DNA from: Clostridiales bacterium | Lineage (GTDB): Bacteria > Bacillota > Clostridia > Oscillospirales > CAG-272 | Reading direction: 5' to 3' | Length of the DNA: 64,000 bases | Assembly (NCBI GenBank): GCA_012800735.1 | Contig: JAAZIU010000039.1 | Location: 7,469 to 71,468, forward strand | Shown: positions 1 through 10,101 of the stretch, piece by piece | Layout: the number at the start of each line of letters is the position of its first letter | Numbering within the stretch: position 1 is the first letter of the stretch | Notes under the pieces: generated by a model | Database searches by the model: none | Seen by the model: the letters and a program-made list of their open reading frames with translations, nothing else | What the model was told of the DNA's origin: nothing | Made by a program: the position numbers and the translations under genes

Positions 1-67
1 CTCGTCTCCGCTGATTTTGTCGGCTTTGCCCCGAAGAAAATACTCGACTGACAAGGTGTTCGCATAT

Positions 68-1252
68 ATGAAACGAATTACTTTTTTGATTTTCCTTACC
101 TTTACTGTTTTAATCTCAAATCTGCCTGTATTCGCAGAAGGAGTCTCGTCGGAAATAACCGTATTTACCGACATCCCGCCGGACGCATGGTACATCGCCG
201 ATGTCAACAGTCTTACCGAAGCCGGTCTGATTGACTGTTCCGAAGGAAGATTCTATCCGGATAAGCAGCTTACCTGCGCCGAGGCGGTAAAATTAGCCGT
301 CAGTATAAATCAGCTTCATTACAACGGTGCTGTATTAATCGAACAAGGCGAGCCGTGGTATAAGCCATACTGCGAATATCTGTCGGATATCGGGGTTGAC
401 GTATCCGCGCTTGATATGGAAGCTGAAGCAACACGGGCAGAATATATTTACATCTTCGCGTCAGCTTTAAAAGACAGCGATCTTGAAGCGATAAATCAAA
501 TACCGGACGGCGCGATAACCGATGTCGCCGCTGATTTGCCCTATGTAGAAGCGATTTATAAGTTCTACCGCGCGGGCATAATATGCGGTTCGGACGAAAA
601 CCGCAGCTGCCATCCGGATGAATACATCAAACGCTCGGAAGCAGCCGCGGTCGCGGTAAGGATACTTGATAAAGAAAGAAGGATCAGGTTCGACATGAAA
701 GAGCCGGTCAAACACACTCTTGAAGTAATTGACGGCGTTACATATATAGACGGTGTTCTTATAGTCAATAAAACATACCCGCTGCCGCCGGAATACGCGC
801 CCGGCGGACTTACGAAAGAGTGCAGCGAGGCTTTTGTAAAATTGCAAGCCGCGGCATGGAAAGACGGGCTTAATATATATTCTGTTTCCGATTATCGAAG
901 CTATGAATATCAGAAGGGACTCTATCAAAGATACGCCGCCCGCGACGGCGCCGCGGCTGCAGACAGATATTCAGCGCGCCCCGGACACTCCGAACATCAG
1001 ACCGGACTTGCGATAGACTGCAACAGCGTATACCAGAGCTTCGCAGATACCGCCGCAGGCAGGTGGCTCGCCGCCCACTGCCACGAATACGGCTTTATCA
1101 TTCGTTATCCGAAAGGCGCCGAATCAATCACCGGATATATGTTCGAACCGTGGCATATCCGATATCTGGGCAATGAAATGGCATCAAAAATCCACGAAAG
1201 CGGTCTGACCCTTGAAGAATATTTCGGCATAACATCGGAATATGCGGAATAA
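68..1252 (+). CDS. secreted SLH-repeat protein with VanY-type D-alanyl-D-alanine carboxypeptidase (peptidase M15B) domain
   Basis: ORF 17..1252. ATG 68 follows AAGGTG (52-57) and opens signal peptide MKRITFLIFLTFTVLISNLPVFAEG. SLH-like repeats (FTDIPPDAWYIADVNSL, ITDVAADLPYVEAIYKF). VanY motifs SARPGHSEHQTGLAIDC and EPWHIRYLG. Confidence 0.8.
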   Translation: MKRITFLIFLTFTVLISNLPVFAEGVSSEITVFTDIPPDAWYIADVNSLTEAGLIDCSEGRFYPDKQLTCAEAVKLAVSINQLHYNGAVLIEQGEPWYKPYCEYLSDIGVDVSALDMEAEATRAEYIYIFASALKDSDLEAINQIPDGAITDVAADLPYVEAIYKFYRAGIICGSDENRSCHPDEYIKRSEAAAVAVRILDKERRIRFDMKEPVKHTLEVIDGVTYIDGVLIVNKTYPLPPEYAPGGLTKECSEAFVKLQAAAWKDGLNIYSVSDYRSYEYQKGLYQRYAARDGAAAADRYSARPGHSEHQTGLAIDCNSVYQSFADTAAGRWLAAHCHEYGFIIRYPKGAESITGYMFEPWHIRYLGNEMASKIHESGLTLEEYFGITSEYAE

Positions 1253-1306
1253 AAAACGGCAAAAGGCCGACATTGAAGTATATTATATTCAGGAAGGTAA
1301 ATTCGA

Positions 1307-2212
1307 ATGACCGAAATCGATTTTTTGCGGGATAAAGTAAACGGAGACGATATAAAGACTTTCTGCGAAAAGATAGAGCTTTCCCGGGAAGCGTATGAAG
1401 CGGCGGAACCGCTCTGCCGCCGCATAATCGGCGAAAAACGCGATTTTTTCGAAAATGAGATAGTCGCAGATATAAAAGACGCCGATAAAATTAAAGCGCT
1501 CGCCAGATCAATGCGTGCAGATCAGGACCTGTGTATGCTGTCCTGCGCCATCTTACTCGGCATGAACGCCCATAAACTTTACCGGGAAAAGGGAATACCC
1601 GACGACATATACTACCCCTCCATGCGGGAGATCACGATATGGGAGCGGACCTGCGAGAGGGAAAAACAAAAGATCGGATATTATGAATACAGCTGGCTTC
1701 GCCACTTTTTAACGGCAGATATCGTCCGCCTCCATCGCCTCGAGTTTCATATCGTGTCGTTCAACAGAAAGCTCAGATATAAAAAACACGGCGTCTCCGT
1801 CAAGGGCGGAGATGAAGTCATAAATATCCATATCCCGGAAGACGGCCCCCTTTATCACAGTGATGTGATAGAGTCATACCGCCGTGCGTATCGTTATTTC
1901 AACCGCAGCGGCAAGGCGGTCTTCGTCTGTGATTCATGGCTCTTATATCCCGGCAACTATGATTTCCTGCCGCCGACATCGAGAATCCGTGAGTTTATGG
2001 ATGATTTCGATATTATCAGCAGAAATGACGTTAAAAACGACGGCAACCTCTGGCGAATCTTCGGTCACCATGACAGCTACGCCCCTGAAAATCTGCCGAG
2101 AAACACCGACCTTCAGCGCCGTATGGCCGATTACCTCGCGGCGAACGACAACGTAACCGGCTCCGGCTACGGTGTGTTCGTCTTTGACGGGGAAAAGGTT
2201 GTAAAGGAATAA
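1307..2212 (+). CDS. acyltransferase-like protein (DUF5596 / GNAT-like C-terminal family), function unknown
   Basis: 301-aa ORF with AGGAAGG RBS upstream. Motifs INIHIPEDGPL and VCDSWLLYP are recalled from this family; the assignment is from memory only. Confidence 0.4.
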   Translation: MTEIDFLRDKVNGDDIKTFCEKIELSREAYEAAEPLCRRIIGEKRDFFENEIVADIKDADKIKALARSMRADQDLCMLSCAILLGMNAHKLYREKGIPDDIYYPSMREITIWERTCEREKQKIGYYEYSWLRHFLTADIVRLHRLEFHIVSFNRKLRYKKHGVSVKGGDEVINIHIPEDGPLYHSDVIESYRRAYRYFNRSGKAVFVCDSWLLYPGNYDFLPPTSRIREFMDDFDIISRNDVKNDGNLWRIFGHHDSYAPENLPRNTDLQRRMADYLAANDNVTGSGYGVFVFDGEKVVKE

Positions 2213-2285
2213 CCAAAGTATTACATATCAAGAACTCTGCGCTGTCAACAGATATGACCCATTTTCGGTAAAAGAGTCTGTAATA

Positions 2286-3767
2286 TTAATTTTGTGACTC
2301 GGCGTAATCGTAGAGTTTCTGATACTGAGCCTTTAGTGCCGATTCGCGCTTTGCAAACCAGGAGGTAAGATCGGTTGACTTCTTGCTTACCAGCGAAGGC
2401 AGCGGCATGTAGTCCAAATTGGTGCAATAGCATATGCCGAAGTCGTATATCAGATTGTCGAATACGATATCCAGCATGCGCGCGGATTCCTCATCACGGG
2501 TTTGTTTACCGATCAGCACCTTGTTGTAATAAGTGTCGGTAATGTGGATCGCGCTGCCCGAACACAGCGCTTCGGTTATAACACCGTTAAAGGTGAGGTT
2601 GGTGGCGGTTTTCGGGATCACGCAGGATAGCCCCCATTGATCCGATGTGGAACGATATTTTTCCTGCGCCTCGTCATACTTGGGATAAGGGACGATGCCG
2701 AAGTCGGCGTCAAACTGCCGGAAGTATTCTCCGTGCTCCAGAGTGGCAAGCAGGAAGAGCGCCCTGTTGTCGAAGAATATCTTCACTCCTTTACTGCTAT
2801 TGGCATAGTCGAATGAGTCGACGTATGAAGTGTTGTCATCGTAACAGAGACGGATTAGGTATTCAAGTATACTCTGCATCTTTTCTGTGTTAAACTGCAG
2901 TTTTGGACCGTCCTTTTCCTTAATAACGGTGTGGGTATCGGCTGCCAGCTGGTATGAGTAAATGCCGACTATAAGATTTTGTATGCAGCCGTAGCGGTCG
3001 TTTTCATTGAATTTGCCGTCGCCGTCAATGTCCGCCGATATGCCGGAAGCCAGCTCCTGCAGCATTTCGAAGGTCCACTTGCCGTTGTCCACCAGCTCGT
3101 ATAGATTCGGAATATTCATGTCTTGCTGTACCTGCTTGTTGAAGAAGCAGACTGCCGTTTCACACATGGTTGTCCAGTTGATGTCTCCGATAAGTATATA
3201 TACATTATCGCCCACAGAAAGGGAATCAACTATGTTTTGATTCCAGTATGGTTTCTTCATGTCGATGTAAGGAACCATATTCAGCGGGTATGCCAGGTCA
3301 TTCGTAATAAACCCGACGCCGCCCTGCATGAACCCCAGAGCCACCAGGTCCACCGAGTCGTCGCCTGCCAACAGGGTAGGCATGAGAGCGTTTGCCTGGT
3401 CATGTGTCCAGCCGTCGGTACGGGTATTGATAACACAGTTGAACCGCTGCTCTACCTCTAAGTTTCGCGTGTAGATAGCGTCGTTAAGCGCGTCTCCTGT
3501 CAGTTCTTCCCGTATGTAATACACTTCTCCCAATTCGGACGGAACGGGCAGGGAAATGGTGAATACCTCTCCCTCAAAGTCAAAGGTTTCGGATATGTCG
3601 TCCAGGTATGGATTCCTTGTCTCTGCTGCAGTTGTTTCTTCGGTTACGGGTGCAGTCGTGTCCTGAATCTGTGTGCCTCCGCCGCCGGAGCATGCCGCGA
3701 ATATTGACAGCAGGATGATAATGGTGAGAAGGGCGGCAAAGAATTGCTTGACTTTTCGTTTACACAT
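2286..3767 (-). CDS. SBP-like lipoprotein (family-1 extracellular solute-binding protein-like), paralog 1 of 6
   Basis: Lipobox IFAAC. T/E-rich linker. Family motifs LNDAIYTRNLEVEQRFN, KKPYWN, NGKWTFEM, DIDGDGKFNENDRYG, FGIVPYPKYDEAQEKY, RDEESARMLDIV. Confidence 0.7.
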   Translation of the reverse strand: MCKRKVKQFFAALLTIIILLSIFAACSGGGGTQIQDTTAPVTEETTAAETRNPYLDDISETFDFEGEVFTISLPVPSELGEVYYIREELTGDALNDAIYTRNLEVEQRFNCVINTRTDGWTHDQANALMPTLLAGDDSVDLVALGFMQGGVGFITNDLAYPLNMVPYIDMKKPYWNQNIVDSLSVGDNVYILIGDINWTTMCETAVCFFNKQVQQDMNIPNLYELVDNGKWTFEMLQELASGISADIDGDGKFNENDRYGCIQNLIVGIYSYQLAADTHTVIKEKDGPKLQFNTEKMQSILEYLIRLCYDDNTSYVDSFDYANSSKGVKIFFDNRALFLLATLEHGEYFRQFDADFGIVPYPKYDEAQEKYRSTSDQWGLSCVIPKTATNLTFNGVITEALCSGSAIHITDTYYNKVLIGKQTRDEESARMLDIVFDNLIYDFGICYCTNLDYMPLPSLVSKKSTDLTSWFAKRESALKAQYQKLYDYAESQN

Positions 3768-4005
3768 AACATATTCCCCTTTACATTAGTTCATATCGGT
3801 ATCTCTGTTAATGGTAAAGCTTGCAGTTTTCCCCCAAAAAACTTAGTTAAACGGCAATAAAAATTGCGGCTGAGAGAGATACATTGTTTTCTCCAAAAAT
3901 CTTTCCTTATTCTTTTTTGCTTCCGTTCATAAGGTTTTTTTGGATGACTTTTTAAAATATGTTATAAAATGTTGCATTTCACTCAGAGTATGATTTATTT
4001 TTCAC

Positions 4006-4034
4006 ACTATAGCATATAAGGCGGTAAATGTCAA
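4006..4034 (-). promoter_or_regulatory. sigma-70-type promoter for paralog 1
   Basis: On the minus strand, TTGACA (4029-4034) is followed by a 17-nt spacer and TATAGT (4006-4011). This leaves a leader of about 230 nt. Confidence 0.5.
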
Positions 4035-4098
4035 GTATCAGTTTGTCAAGAGATTAACATTGGATTTTTTGCAGAAATCATATCAACTGAATACTGAA

Positions 4099-5418
4099 TC
4101 AAACCGTCCAGTTATTACGATAACCGCCTTCGCGAACTAACCAAGCCGGGTCTCCGGTTCCGTTTGCAAAGGTCATATTAGTGGGATCCCAGTCGAAACT
4201 TGCGTCGTGGACATACGATATGTTCAGAAGCTGACAGAGAATTGTCGCATGACCGCCTACATCTTCATTTGAGCAGGCTTTTTTGCGGGATTTTACCGCT
4301 GAAATGAAATCGGCAATGTGACTGCCGCCGGTATCGTAGAGTTTTGTCTTATATACGCTGTCAGTCAGGAATATTTTCCGCGCTTTGTCTATTGCTTCAT
4401 CAAGAGACATCTTGGCGTCGCCGTTGCGGGTACTTATCATAAAATTATTGCCGTATTTTATCTCAAAGGCGCCTCGGTCAACCGAGACCGAACCTTCGGA
4501 ACCGTGGAAGATTGCGCCAAATTGCGCGGGTTTATGCATCACAGTTACTCCGCCGTCAAACACAAACATGGCTCCGGATTGGGCGCGTCCTCCCAGCTCG
4601 ACGTTGGCTTTATCCTCTTCGCTGCGTTCGGCGCGGATCACTTTAACAGGACCGCCGTTATCCATATCCAGTCCCCATTGAGCTATGTCCAGATGATGCG
4701 CGCCCCAGTCTCCGCAATAACCTATCCCGAAGAGGTCGTCCATGCGCCAGACCATCGGGTAAAAGTTATGTACTCCGCGCGGGGAGAGTTGGTCGTTGTA
4801 CTTCACAAGCGGGGCGCCCCCGCACCACATATCCCAATCAAGCCCCGGCTCCATGGGAATGTCCTCTTTAGGGTCGAAATGCGGGCGGGAGGGACCGCCG
4901 AAGGAACACTCGACGTGCTTTACCTTGCCGATGCAGCCGTTTCGAACAAGCTCACAGGCTGTGCGAAACTCAATAGCCGATCGCTGCATCGCGCCGACCT
5001 GAAGGATACGATTATATTTTTTGGTAGCAGCCATGACTTTGACAGTCTCATCGACGCTGTAGGTCAGCGGCTTTTCGCAGTATACATCCTTGCCGGCAGC
5101 CATTGCCGCGATAGTTATGTATGCGTGCCAATGATCGGGTGTTGCGATGCAGACCATGTCGATGTCATCGCGAGCCAGCACGTCGCGGAAATCATTGTAC
5201 GCTTTGCAGTCGCCCGGTTTGCCTTTGTCGGGATTTGCTTTATAAAATTCATCGACGCGCTTTACGCCGTCCAGACGGCGGGTGGTGTCGACATCGCAAA
5301 TGGCGGCGACGTTCACGCCTTGCCAAAGGAATCCGCTTGTAAGTCCGCGGCCCTGAATACCGAAGCCGATAATCGCAACGCTCAGCTTATCGTTCGGGCT
5401 TATACTTTTTCTGTTCAT
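4099..5418 (-). CDS. Gfo/Idh/MocA family oxidoreductase (439 aa)
   Basis: N-terminal Rossmann fold VAIIGFGIQGRG. Motifs ATPDHWHA and YCEKPL. AAGAGG RBS. Confidence 0.8.
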   Translation of the reverse strand: MNRKSISPNDKLSVAIIGFGIQGRGLTSGFLWQGVNVAAICDVDTTRRLDGVKRVDEFYKANPDKGKPGDCKAYNDFRDVLARDDIDMVCIATPDHWHAYITIAAMAAGKDVYCEKPLTYSVDETVKVMAATKKYNRILQVGAMQRSAIEFRTACELVRNGCIGKVKHVECSFGGPSRPHFDPKEDIPMEPGLDWDMWCGGAPLVKYNDQLSPRGVHNFYPMVWRMDDLFGIGYCGDWGAHHLDIAQWGLDMDNGGPVKVIRAERSEEDKANVELGGRAQSGAMFVFDGGVTVMHKPAQFGAIFHGSEGSVSVDRGAFEIKYGNNFMISTRNGDAKMSLDEAIDKARKIFLTDSVYKTKLYDTGGSHIADFISAVKSRKKACSNEDVGGHATILCQLLNISYVHDASFDWDPTNMTFANGTGDPAWLVREGGYRNNWTV

Positions 5419-5532
5419 GTAATCAACCTCTTTTATTGTTATTGGTAATATCTACGAGCGTCTTATGCAATGTAGTAATAGTTGTTTATATCCGCATTCC
5501 CGCCTTGCATAATTATTCATTTACGCATTTTA

Positions 5533-5561
5533 ATCATATCATATCGCGTTCGGTTTGTCAA
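5533..5561 (-). promoter_or_regulatory. sigma-70-type promoter
   Basis: Minus strand: TTGACA (5556-5561), 17-nt spacer, TATGAT (5533-5538). Confidence 0.55.
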
Positions 5562-5653
5562 GAACGAAATGTGATATCTTCATTCAGGCGGCGGTATTAT
5601 ACCGTATTTAAACCACGCAGTAAAACATCCGTGCTTGTCGTCTTGCTTTGCGG

Positions 5654-7285
5654 CTATTCAGCGTCATTTATAAGCGCAAAAGCATCGGCGGAGAAACTTT
5701 CAAGGGCTGCGGCTGCCGAGTCATACATCAAAAGGGAAGTAGGATTTTTCGAATAGCGTCCGAACTGACCGCCTGTATTCTGTATAAACGTATTGCCCGA
5801 GAAAACCGGCAGATCTTCGGCAAGCGCGGTGCCGCAGTGAACGAGCATATACCGGCTGCGGTCGAAAATGTTATTCTCAACGTTAAATCCGTCGGCGGGA
5901 TTGGCATGATCCCAACCCTTTAAATGGGCGGCGGCAGTCTTGTCGGGACGCTGATCCCCCCAGCCGTAACCGGCGAAGCGCATAATGTTTCCGCGAATGA
6001 CTACATTCTTCATAACCTGTTCATCGGTTGAATATTTGCTGTCGGCAGGCTTGCCGGGAGTATGGCTTTCGTCGAGGAAATATTCAATGGAATAGGTGCA
6101 ATATTCAATCAGATTGTCAGTGTAGGTGACATTTACCATCGGAACCGGACTGCCGTTGTCTCCCTTAAATTGGTGGGTTAAGCCGGCGTCGTAAATCTGA
6201 TAGACATAGCAGTGGTCAACCGTGAAGTCTTCGCAGGCCACATAGATTTCGACCGCGTTTCCGAAACGGGTGGTTGCGTTTATCCCCTGAATCGAGCCGC
6301 CGATCCAGCCGAATTCACAGAAGCGCACCGTGAGCCCTTTTACGTTGGCTGTGCCGATGCCGTGTGAGCCGCCGTATTTTACGGCGATGTTGTCGAAGGT
6401 GCAGTTGTCGTCGCAGGTGATAACATTTTTCTTTAGCGCGAAATCTATGCGGTCAAAACGCTCTGCGGGATTGCCTTCCGTTGACACGAGGTATATACGC
6501 TTGTCGTCAAGGGAATGATACATCTCAAGGTCATTCCGCAGCTCCTTAAAATCACCCTCAAATCCGAGCGAACCGACTATCCGCTTTACCGACCATGCAT
6601 CGCCGTCGTTAAAAACGATGAGACCGCAGTCACGGTCGAAAATCTTATCATAGACCCAGATGTTTTTGTATTCGGTGGGTTTCCATTTTTCGGGCTGAGA
6701 ATAGTTTTCGGGAGAGCCGTTGATTATAGGTTTGGCGCCTTCGCCGTACGCGGAATATGTCACGCCGGTCTGCCCCCTGAGATTGCCGCGGAAAACACCG
6801 CCGCGCTCGAAGTAAACTACATCTCCGGGTTTTAAACCCGCGCTGTTGACTTGGTCAAGGGTCAGCCAGGCTGTTTCGGGGGTCATACCGTCGCCGGATA
6901 ACGAGCCGTTGTTTGAAACATAGTAGGCTCTGCCGCCTTCTGCCGGTTTGACGGTTGTAACCGCGCCGAGAATTTCTGCCTTCAATGATTCCGCCTTCGC
7001 GTCTATTCCGGCGAGGAACTCCGCGTCTGCGATCTTTATTCTGTCGTTCATGCTTTCTGCCTCCTTATTTGTTATGGCGATGTTTATTTCAGAACTCTCC
7101 GACAACGGCGAATCTTCTAAGTTCGCCTGCAAATCCTCCGGCGCCGTCTCTTCGGTGACATCGGTAAATTCATCCGTCACTTCAATCGTCTGTTGTCCCG
7201 GCTCATCATTCCCGCCGCAGCCCGCAAAAGCTGACAAAATAATAATCAAAGTAAGAGCCGCCGATAAAAGTCGTGTGATTTTCAT
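5654..7285 (-). CDS. lipoprotein with right-handed parallel beta-helix (pectate-lyase-fold) domain
   Basis: Lipobox SAFAGC. YYVSNNGSLSGDGMTPETAW entry motif. Repeated G/N-rich beta-helix turns (NIAVKYGGSHGIG, RFCEFGWIGGS). Confidence 0.65.
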   Translation of the reverse strand: MKITRLLSAALTLIIILSAFAGCGGNDEPGQQTIEVTDEFTDVTEETAPEDLQANLEDSPLSESSEINIAITNKEAESMNDRIKIADAEFLAGIDAKAESLKAEILGAVTTVKPAEGGRAYYVSNNGSLSGDGMTPETAWLTLDQVNSAGLKPGDVVYFERGGVFRGNLRGQTGVTYSAYGEGAKPIINGSPENYSQPEKWKPTEYKNIWVYDKIFDRDCGLIVFNDGDAWSVKRIVGSLGFEGDFKELRNDLEMYHSLDDKRIYLVSTEGNPAERFDRIDFALKKNVITCDDNCTFDNIAVKYGGSHGIGTANVKGLTVRFCEFGWIGGSIQGINATTRFGNAVEIYVACEDFTVDHCYVYQIYDAGLTHQFKGDNGSPVPMVNVTYTDNLIEYCTYSIEYFLDESHTPGKPADSKYSTDEQVMKNVVIRGNIMRFAGYGWGDQRPDKTAAAHLKGWDHANPADGFNVENNIFDRSRYMLVHCGTALAEDLPVFSGNTFIQNTGGQFGRYSKNPTSLLMYDSAAAALESFSADAFALINDAE

Positions 7286-7331
7286 AATGCCACCTTTAAG
7301 TTTATAGTTCGTAGATTGTAAAATGAAAACA

Positions 7332-7355
7332 CGCTCCGGTTATAATGCCGGAGCG
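7332..7355 (-). terminator. hairpin between paralog 2 and the beta-helix gene (terminator or attenuator)
   Basis: CGCTCCGG / CCGGAGCG 8-bp stem with an 8-nt loop. It is T-rich on both sides. Confidence 0.45.
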
Positions 7356-7361
7356 AAATTT

Positions 7362-8870
7362 TTACGGTTGAATTTCTTCGTATTGAGAGATTATCTTATC
7401 CATCTTTTTCAGTATCGCGCTTTCGTTTGAAGCAAGCGTTGAAGCTGCTTTTTCACAAGCGGAAGCCGAGGCGAATATTCTGCGCATGATACCTATCGGA
7501 GATCCGAGATTGTTGCCGTAAATATATCCAAGGTCGGGATATATCCCATCTATAATCACGTCGAGCATACGCGCCGTCTCGGCGTCGCGGCTGTATTTGC
7601 CTTTAAGCGCGGTGTCAAGATATGCGGGCGTCGTTGTTCTATAAGTCTCCGCCGCCAAAGCTTCAAGCACGGCGGCTGTATCTTCCGGGTTTTTGCAGGT
7701 TATCGGAATCGAAAATGCCGTACTGCCGTCATGTGTGTAAACGGTGTAGCTTTCCTGAAGTTCATCAAGTTTCGGCATCGGGATAATTCCGAAATCGTTT
7801 TCCATATCCCTGAGATAATTTACCCCGGAAAGCATCCAGGTGGTGAATATCGTCTCGCCGTTCACCATTGTCTTCATGATATCTTCGTTGTTATACGGAA
7901 GCCGGCAGGTGTTGTTGTTCAAAAACAGCAGCTCATACATTTTTTCGCAGAAACTGATCGCTCTCTCGGATACTCCGTTATAAACATAGCTTCCGTCATC
8001 AAGCTTATCGACAAGCTTGATATTGCATCCGCCGGTGAAAGAATCGGCGCCGAGGGTTTGAGTATTGGTGAAAAAATGCCCGTAGCGGTCGCCTTCGTCG
8101 GCTTCGCCGTTACCGTTGAGGTCGGAATAAACAGTCGAGCAATAGTATATCAGCTTGTCAAGCGTCCATCCTCCCTCGTCGACCGTAGTGTAAACAGACT
8201 GCTCGTCGGGATGCAGAAGCTCAAACGCCGTCCGGTCAAAGAACATGACGAAAGTTCCGGAAATCACCGTCTGCGCAAGTTCGCCTATCGATGAATAAAC
8301 CCGACCGTTGTATTCAATGACATCGTGGAACGCGCGGTTCCACCAGGGCATATCAAAATCAAGATAAGAAAGCGAATTTAAGTCAAGATAAAACCCGCGC
8401 AGCACAAGCGACATGTTGTCATACATCATGTTCGCGACTATATCGTAATCATCGGATCCCGAGGTCACCGATTTCGTTACCACGCTTCCGAATCCGCCGT
8501 GGCAGTTTACATTCTGCGGGATATATTCAATATTGCAGTTCAGCCGCTCCTCGACCTTTAAATTACGCTCGTAAACCGCGTCGTTTACGACTTCGCCGTT
8601 CATTGATTCCGCGAAAAATTCGGAAGCGGTGTCGACATCTCCGTTTCGGGCGGTAAAGCGGATTAAAGCGCCATTGAGATTTATATCCGACGGAAGCGAA
8701 TCCTTGAAGTTCGCGCGCAGATCCGCCGGCGTCGTCTCTTCCGCAACGGTAGTCACTGCATCCGTTACTTCAACTGTCTGTCTCGGCTCATCCTTCCCGC
8801 CGCAGCCCGCAAAAGCGGAAATTATAATCAGCATAGCAAGAATTGCCGACAAAATGCGTGTGTTTTTCAT
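7362..8870 (-). CDS. SBP-like lipoprotein, paralog 2 of 6
   Basis: Lipobox SAFAGC. Motifs VNDAVYERNLKVEERLN, DMPWWN, EGGWTLDK, DLNGNGEADEGDRYG, MENDFGIIPMPKLDELQESY, ALKGKYSRDAETARMLDVI. Confidence 0.7.
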   Translation of the reverse strand: MKNTRILSAILAMLIIISAFAGCGGKDEPRQTVEVTDAVTTVAEETTPADLRANFKDSLPSDINLNGALIRFTARNGDVDTASEFFAESMNGEVVNDAVYERNLKVEERLNCNIEYIPQNVNCHGGFGSVVTKSVTSGSDDYDIVANMMYDNMSLVLRGFYLDLNSLSYLDFDMPWWNRAFHDVIEYNGRVYSSIGELAQTVISGTFVMFFDRTAFELLHPDEQSVYTTVDEGGWTLDKLIYYCSTVYSDLNGNGEADEGDRYGHFFTNTQTLGADSFTGGCNIKLVDKLDDGSYVYNGVSERAISFCEKMYELLFLNNNTCRLPYNNEDIMKTMVNGETIFTTWMLSGVNYLRDMENDFGIIPMPKLDELQESYTVYTHDGSTAFSIPITCKNPEDTAAVLEALAAETYRTTTPAYLDTALKGKYSRDAETARMLDVIIDGIYPDLGYIYGNNLGSPIGIMRRIFASASACEKAASTLASNESAILKKMDKIISQYEEIQP

Positions 8871-8918
8871 AGTATATACCTCAAAGCGTAAAGCTTTTAT
8901 AATATTATGTAAATTGAT

Positions 8919-9896
8919 TTATTCCATGGAAGCAATCATCATATCGGTTGCTTCGGCGTAGTCGAGAGTCAGTCTGTGCGGCACCCGCTCGCTTTCGAGC
9001 TTTCCGACTCTGATGCAGTCGAGAACCTCTTTTATTTCGTAAGTGAAGCCGTTTTTGGTTTCGGTGTCAATGAAATGCTCAGGTTCGGGTGAATCGAAGC
9101 GAATAAGAAAAACTTCGTTTGAATAATGCGGTCTCGGCAGCAGTATTTTTCCCTCGGTTCCGTAAATTATCAGTTTTTCGTCGGGAGAAGTCATCAGAGT
9201 GCCTTTTAAAACCGCCGGAACTCCGCCTTCAAATCTCAAAAGAAGAAGCTCTGTCCCGTCGACCCCGGACGGAGTAGCCGTCGCTTCGGCGTGCAGCCTT
9301 ATTACCTTGCGGTCAAGGACGTAAGTCATTATCTGGTAGGCGTAAACGGTGATATCAAAAGCCGCTCCGCCTCCGAGTTCGGGAGAAAGATAACGGTTGG
9401 GAAGCTCCTTTGGCGCTCGGAAACCGACCGCGGCTTCCCCGAAAACCGGCTCTCCTATTCTGCCGTCTAAAAGCCATTCTCTCGATTTATTTACCGCGGG
9501 AAGGAACCGGCTCCACATTGCCTCCATAGCAAAGACACCCTGTTTTTGCGCGTATCCGAGACAGTCCCGCGCCTCGGCTCCGCTCATAAACATAGCCTTT
9601 TCGCAGAGGATGGGAACGCCGTGGTCGATGCATAGGCGGCACAGAGCGTAGTGAGAATCGTTTGTTGTCGCTATGTATACGCAGTCCGGCTTTTCCTTCA
9701 AGAGCATTTTTTCATAACTGTCATAAAAGCAGGGAAGTCCGTGTTGTACGGCGAATTTCTCAGCTCTCTCCATCGATTTGCTCGCAACGGCGCCGACAAA
9801 GCAGTTTTCTCCCCACTCGTCAAGCAGTTTGACTGCGTCGCAGAACTTGTGTGCTATTTTACCAGCTCCCATTATGGAGAATTTGAATTTACTCAT
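8919..9896 (-). CDS. Gfo/Idh/MocA family oxidoreductase (325 aa)
   Basis: FSIMGAGKIAHKF Rossmann motif and LCEKAM motif. Lies 48 nt upstream of paralog 2 on the same strand. Confidence 0.8.
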   Translation of the reverse strand: MSKFKFSIMGAGKIAHKFCDAVKLLDEWGENCFVGAVASKSMERAEKFAVQHGLPCFYDSYEKMLLKEKPDCVYIATTNDSHYALCRLCIDHGVPILCEKAMFMSGAEARDCLGYAQKQGVFAMEAMWSRFLPAVNKSREWLLDGRIGEPVFGEAAVGFRAPKELPNRYLSPELGGGAAFDITVYAYQIMTYVLDRKVIRLHAEATATPSGVDGTELLLLRFEGGVPAVLKGTLMTSPDEKLIIYGTEGKILLPRPHYSNEVFLIRFDSPEPEHFIDTETKNGFTYEIKEVLDCIRVGKLESERVPHRLTLDYAEATDMMIASME

Positions 9897-9964
9897 GGAT
9901 TATACCTCTTGCTTTCCGGCGTCAAGAGCCTGTATACGGAATTATAATTATGCAAGTCAATGAT

Positions 9965-9993
9965 ATTTTACAGCAAATCCCCGGTTTTGTCAA
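9965..9993 (-). promoter_or_regulatory. sigma-70-type promoter (divergent pair, minus arm)
   Basis: Minus strand: TTGACA (9988-9993), 17-nt spacer, TAAAAT (9965-9970). Confidence 0.55.
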
Positions 9994-10040
9994 GCCTGCC
10001 GTAGAAATCAGTTTGTAAATCCAAATTAATAATCATACTG

Positions 10041-10069
10041 TTTACAACGACCTCGTTTTATGGTAAAAT
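10041..10069 (+). promoter_or_regulatory. sigma-70-type promoter (divergent pair, plus arm)
   Basis: TTTACA (10041-10046), 17-nt spacer, extended TGgTAAAAT (10061-10069). Confidence 0.5.
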
Positions 10070-10101
10070 ATCAGTATACTATAAAAACAAGGAGTGTTTT
10101 C

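Noticed and set aside
467-928. 153-aa minus-strand ORF inside the VanY-domain gene
   Set aside because: It is antisense to a gene with clear catalytic motifs and has no independent support.
4318-5448. 376-aa ORF antisense to the Gfo/Idh/MocA gene
   Set aside because: It fully overlaps a gene with clear family motifs and an RBS. Its product is low-complexity with no recognisable motif or RBS. This is a typical antisense open frame.
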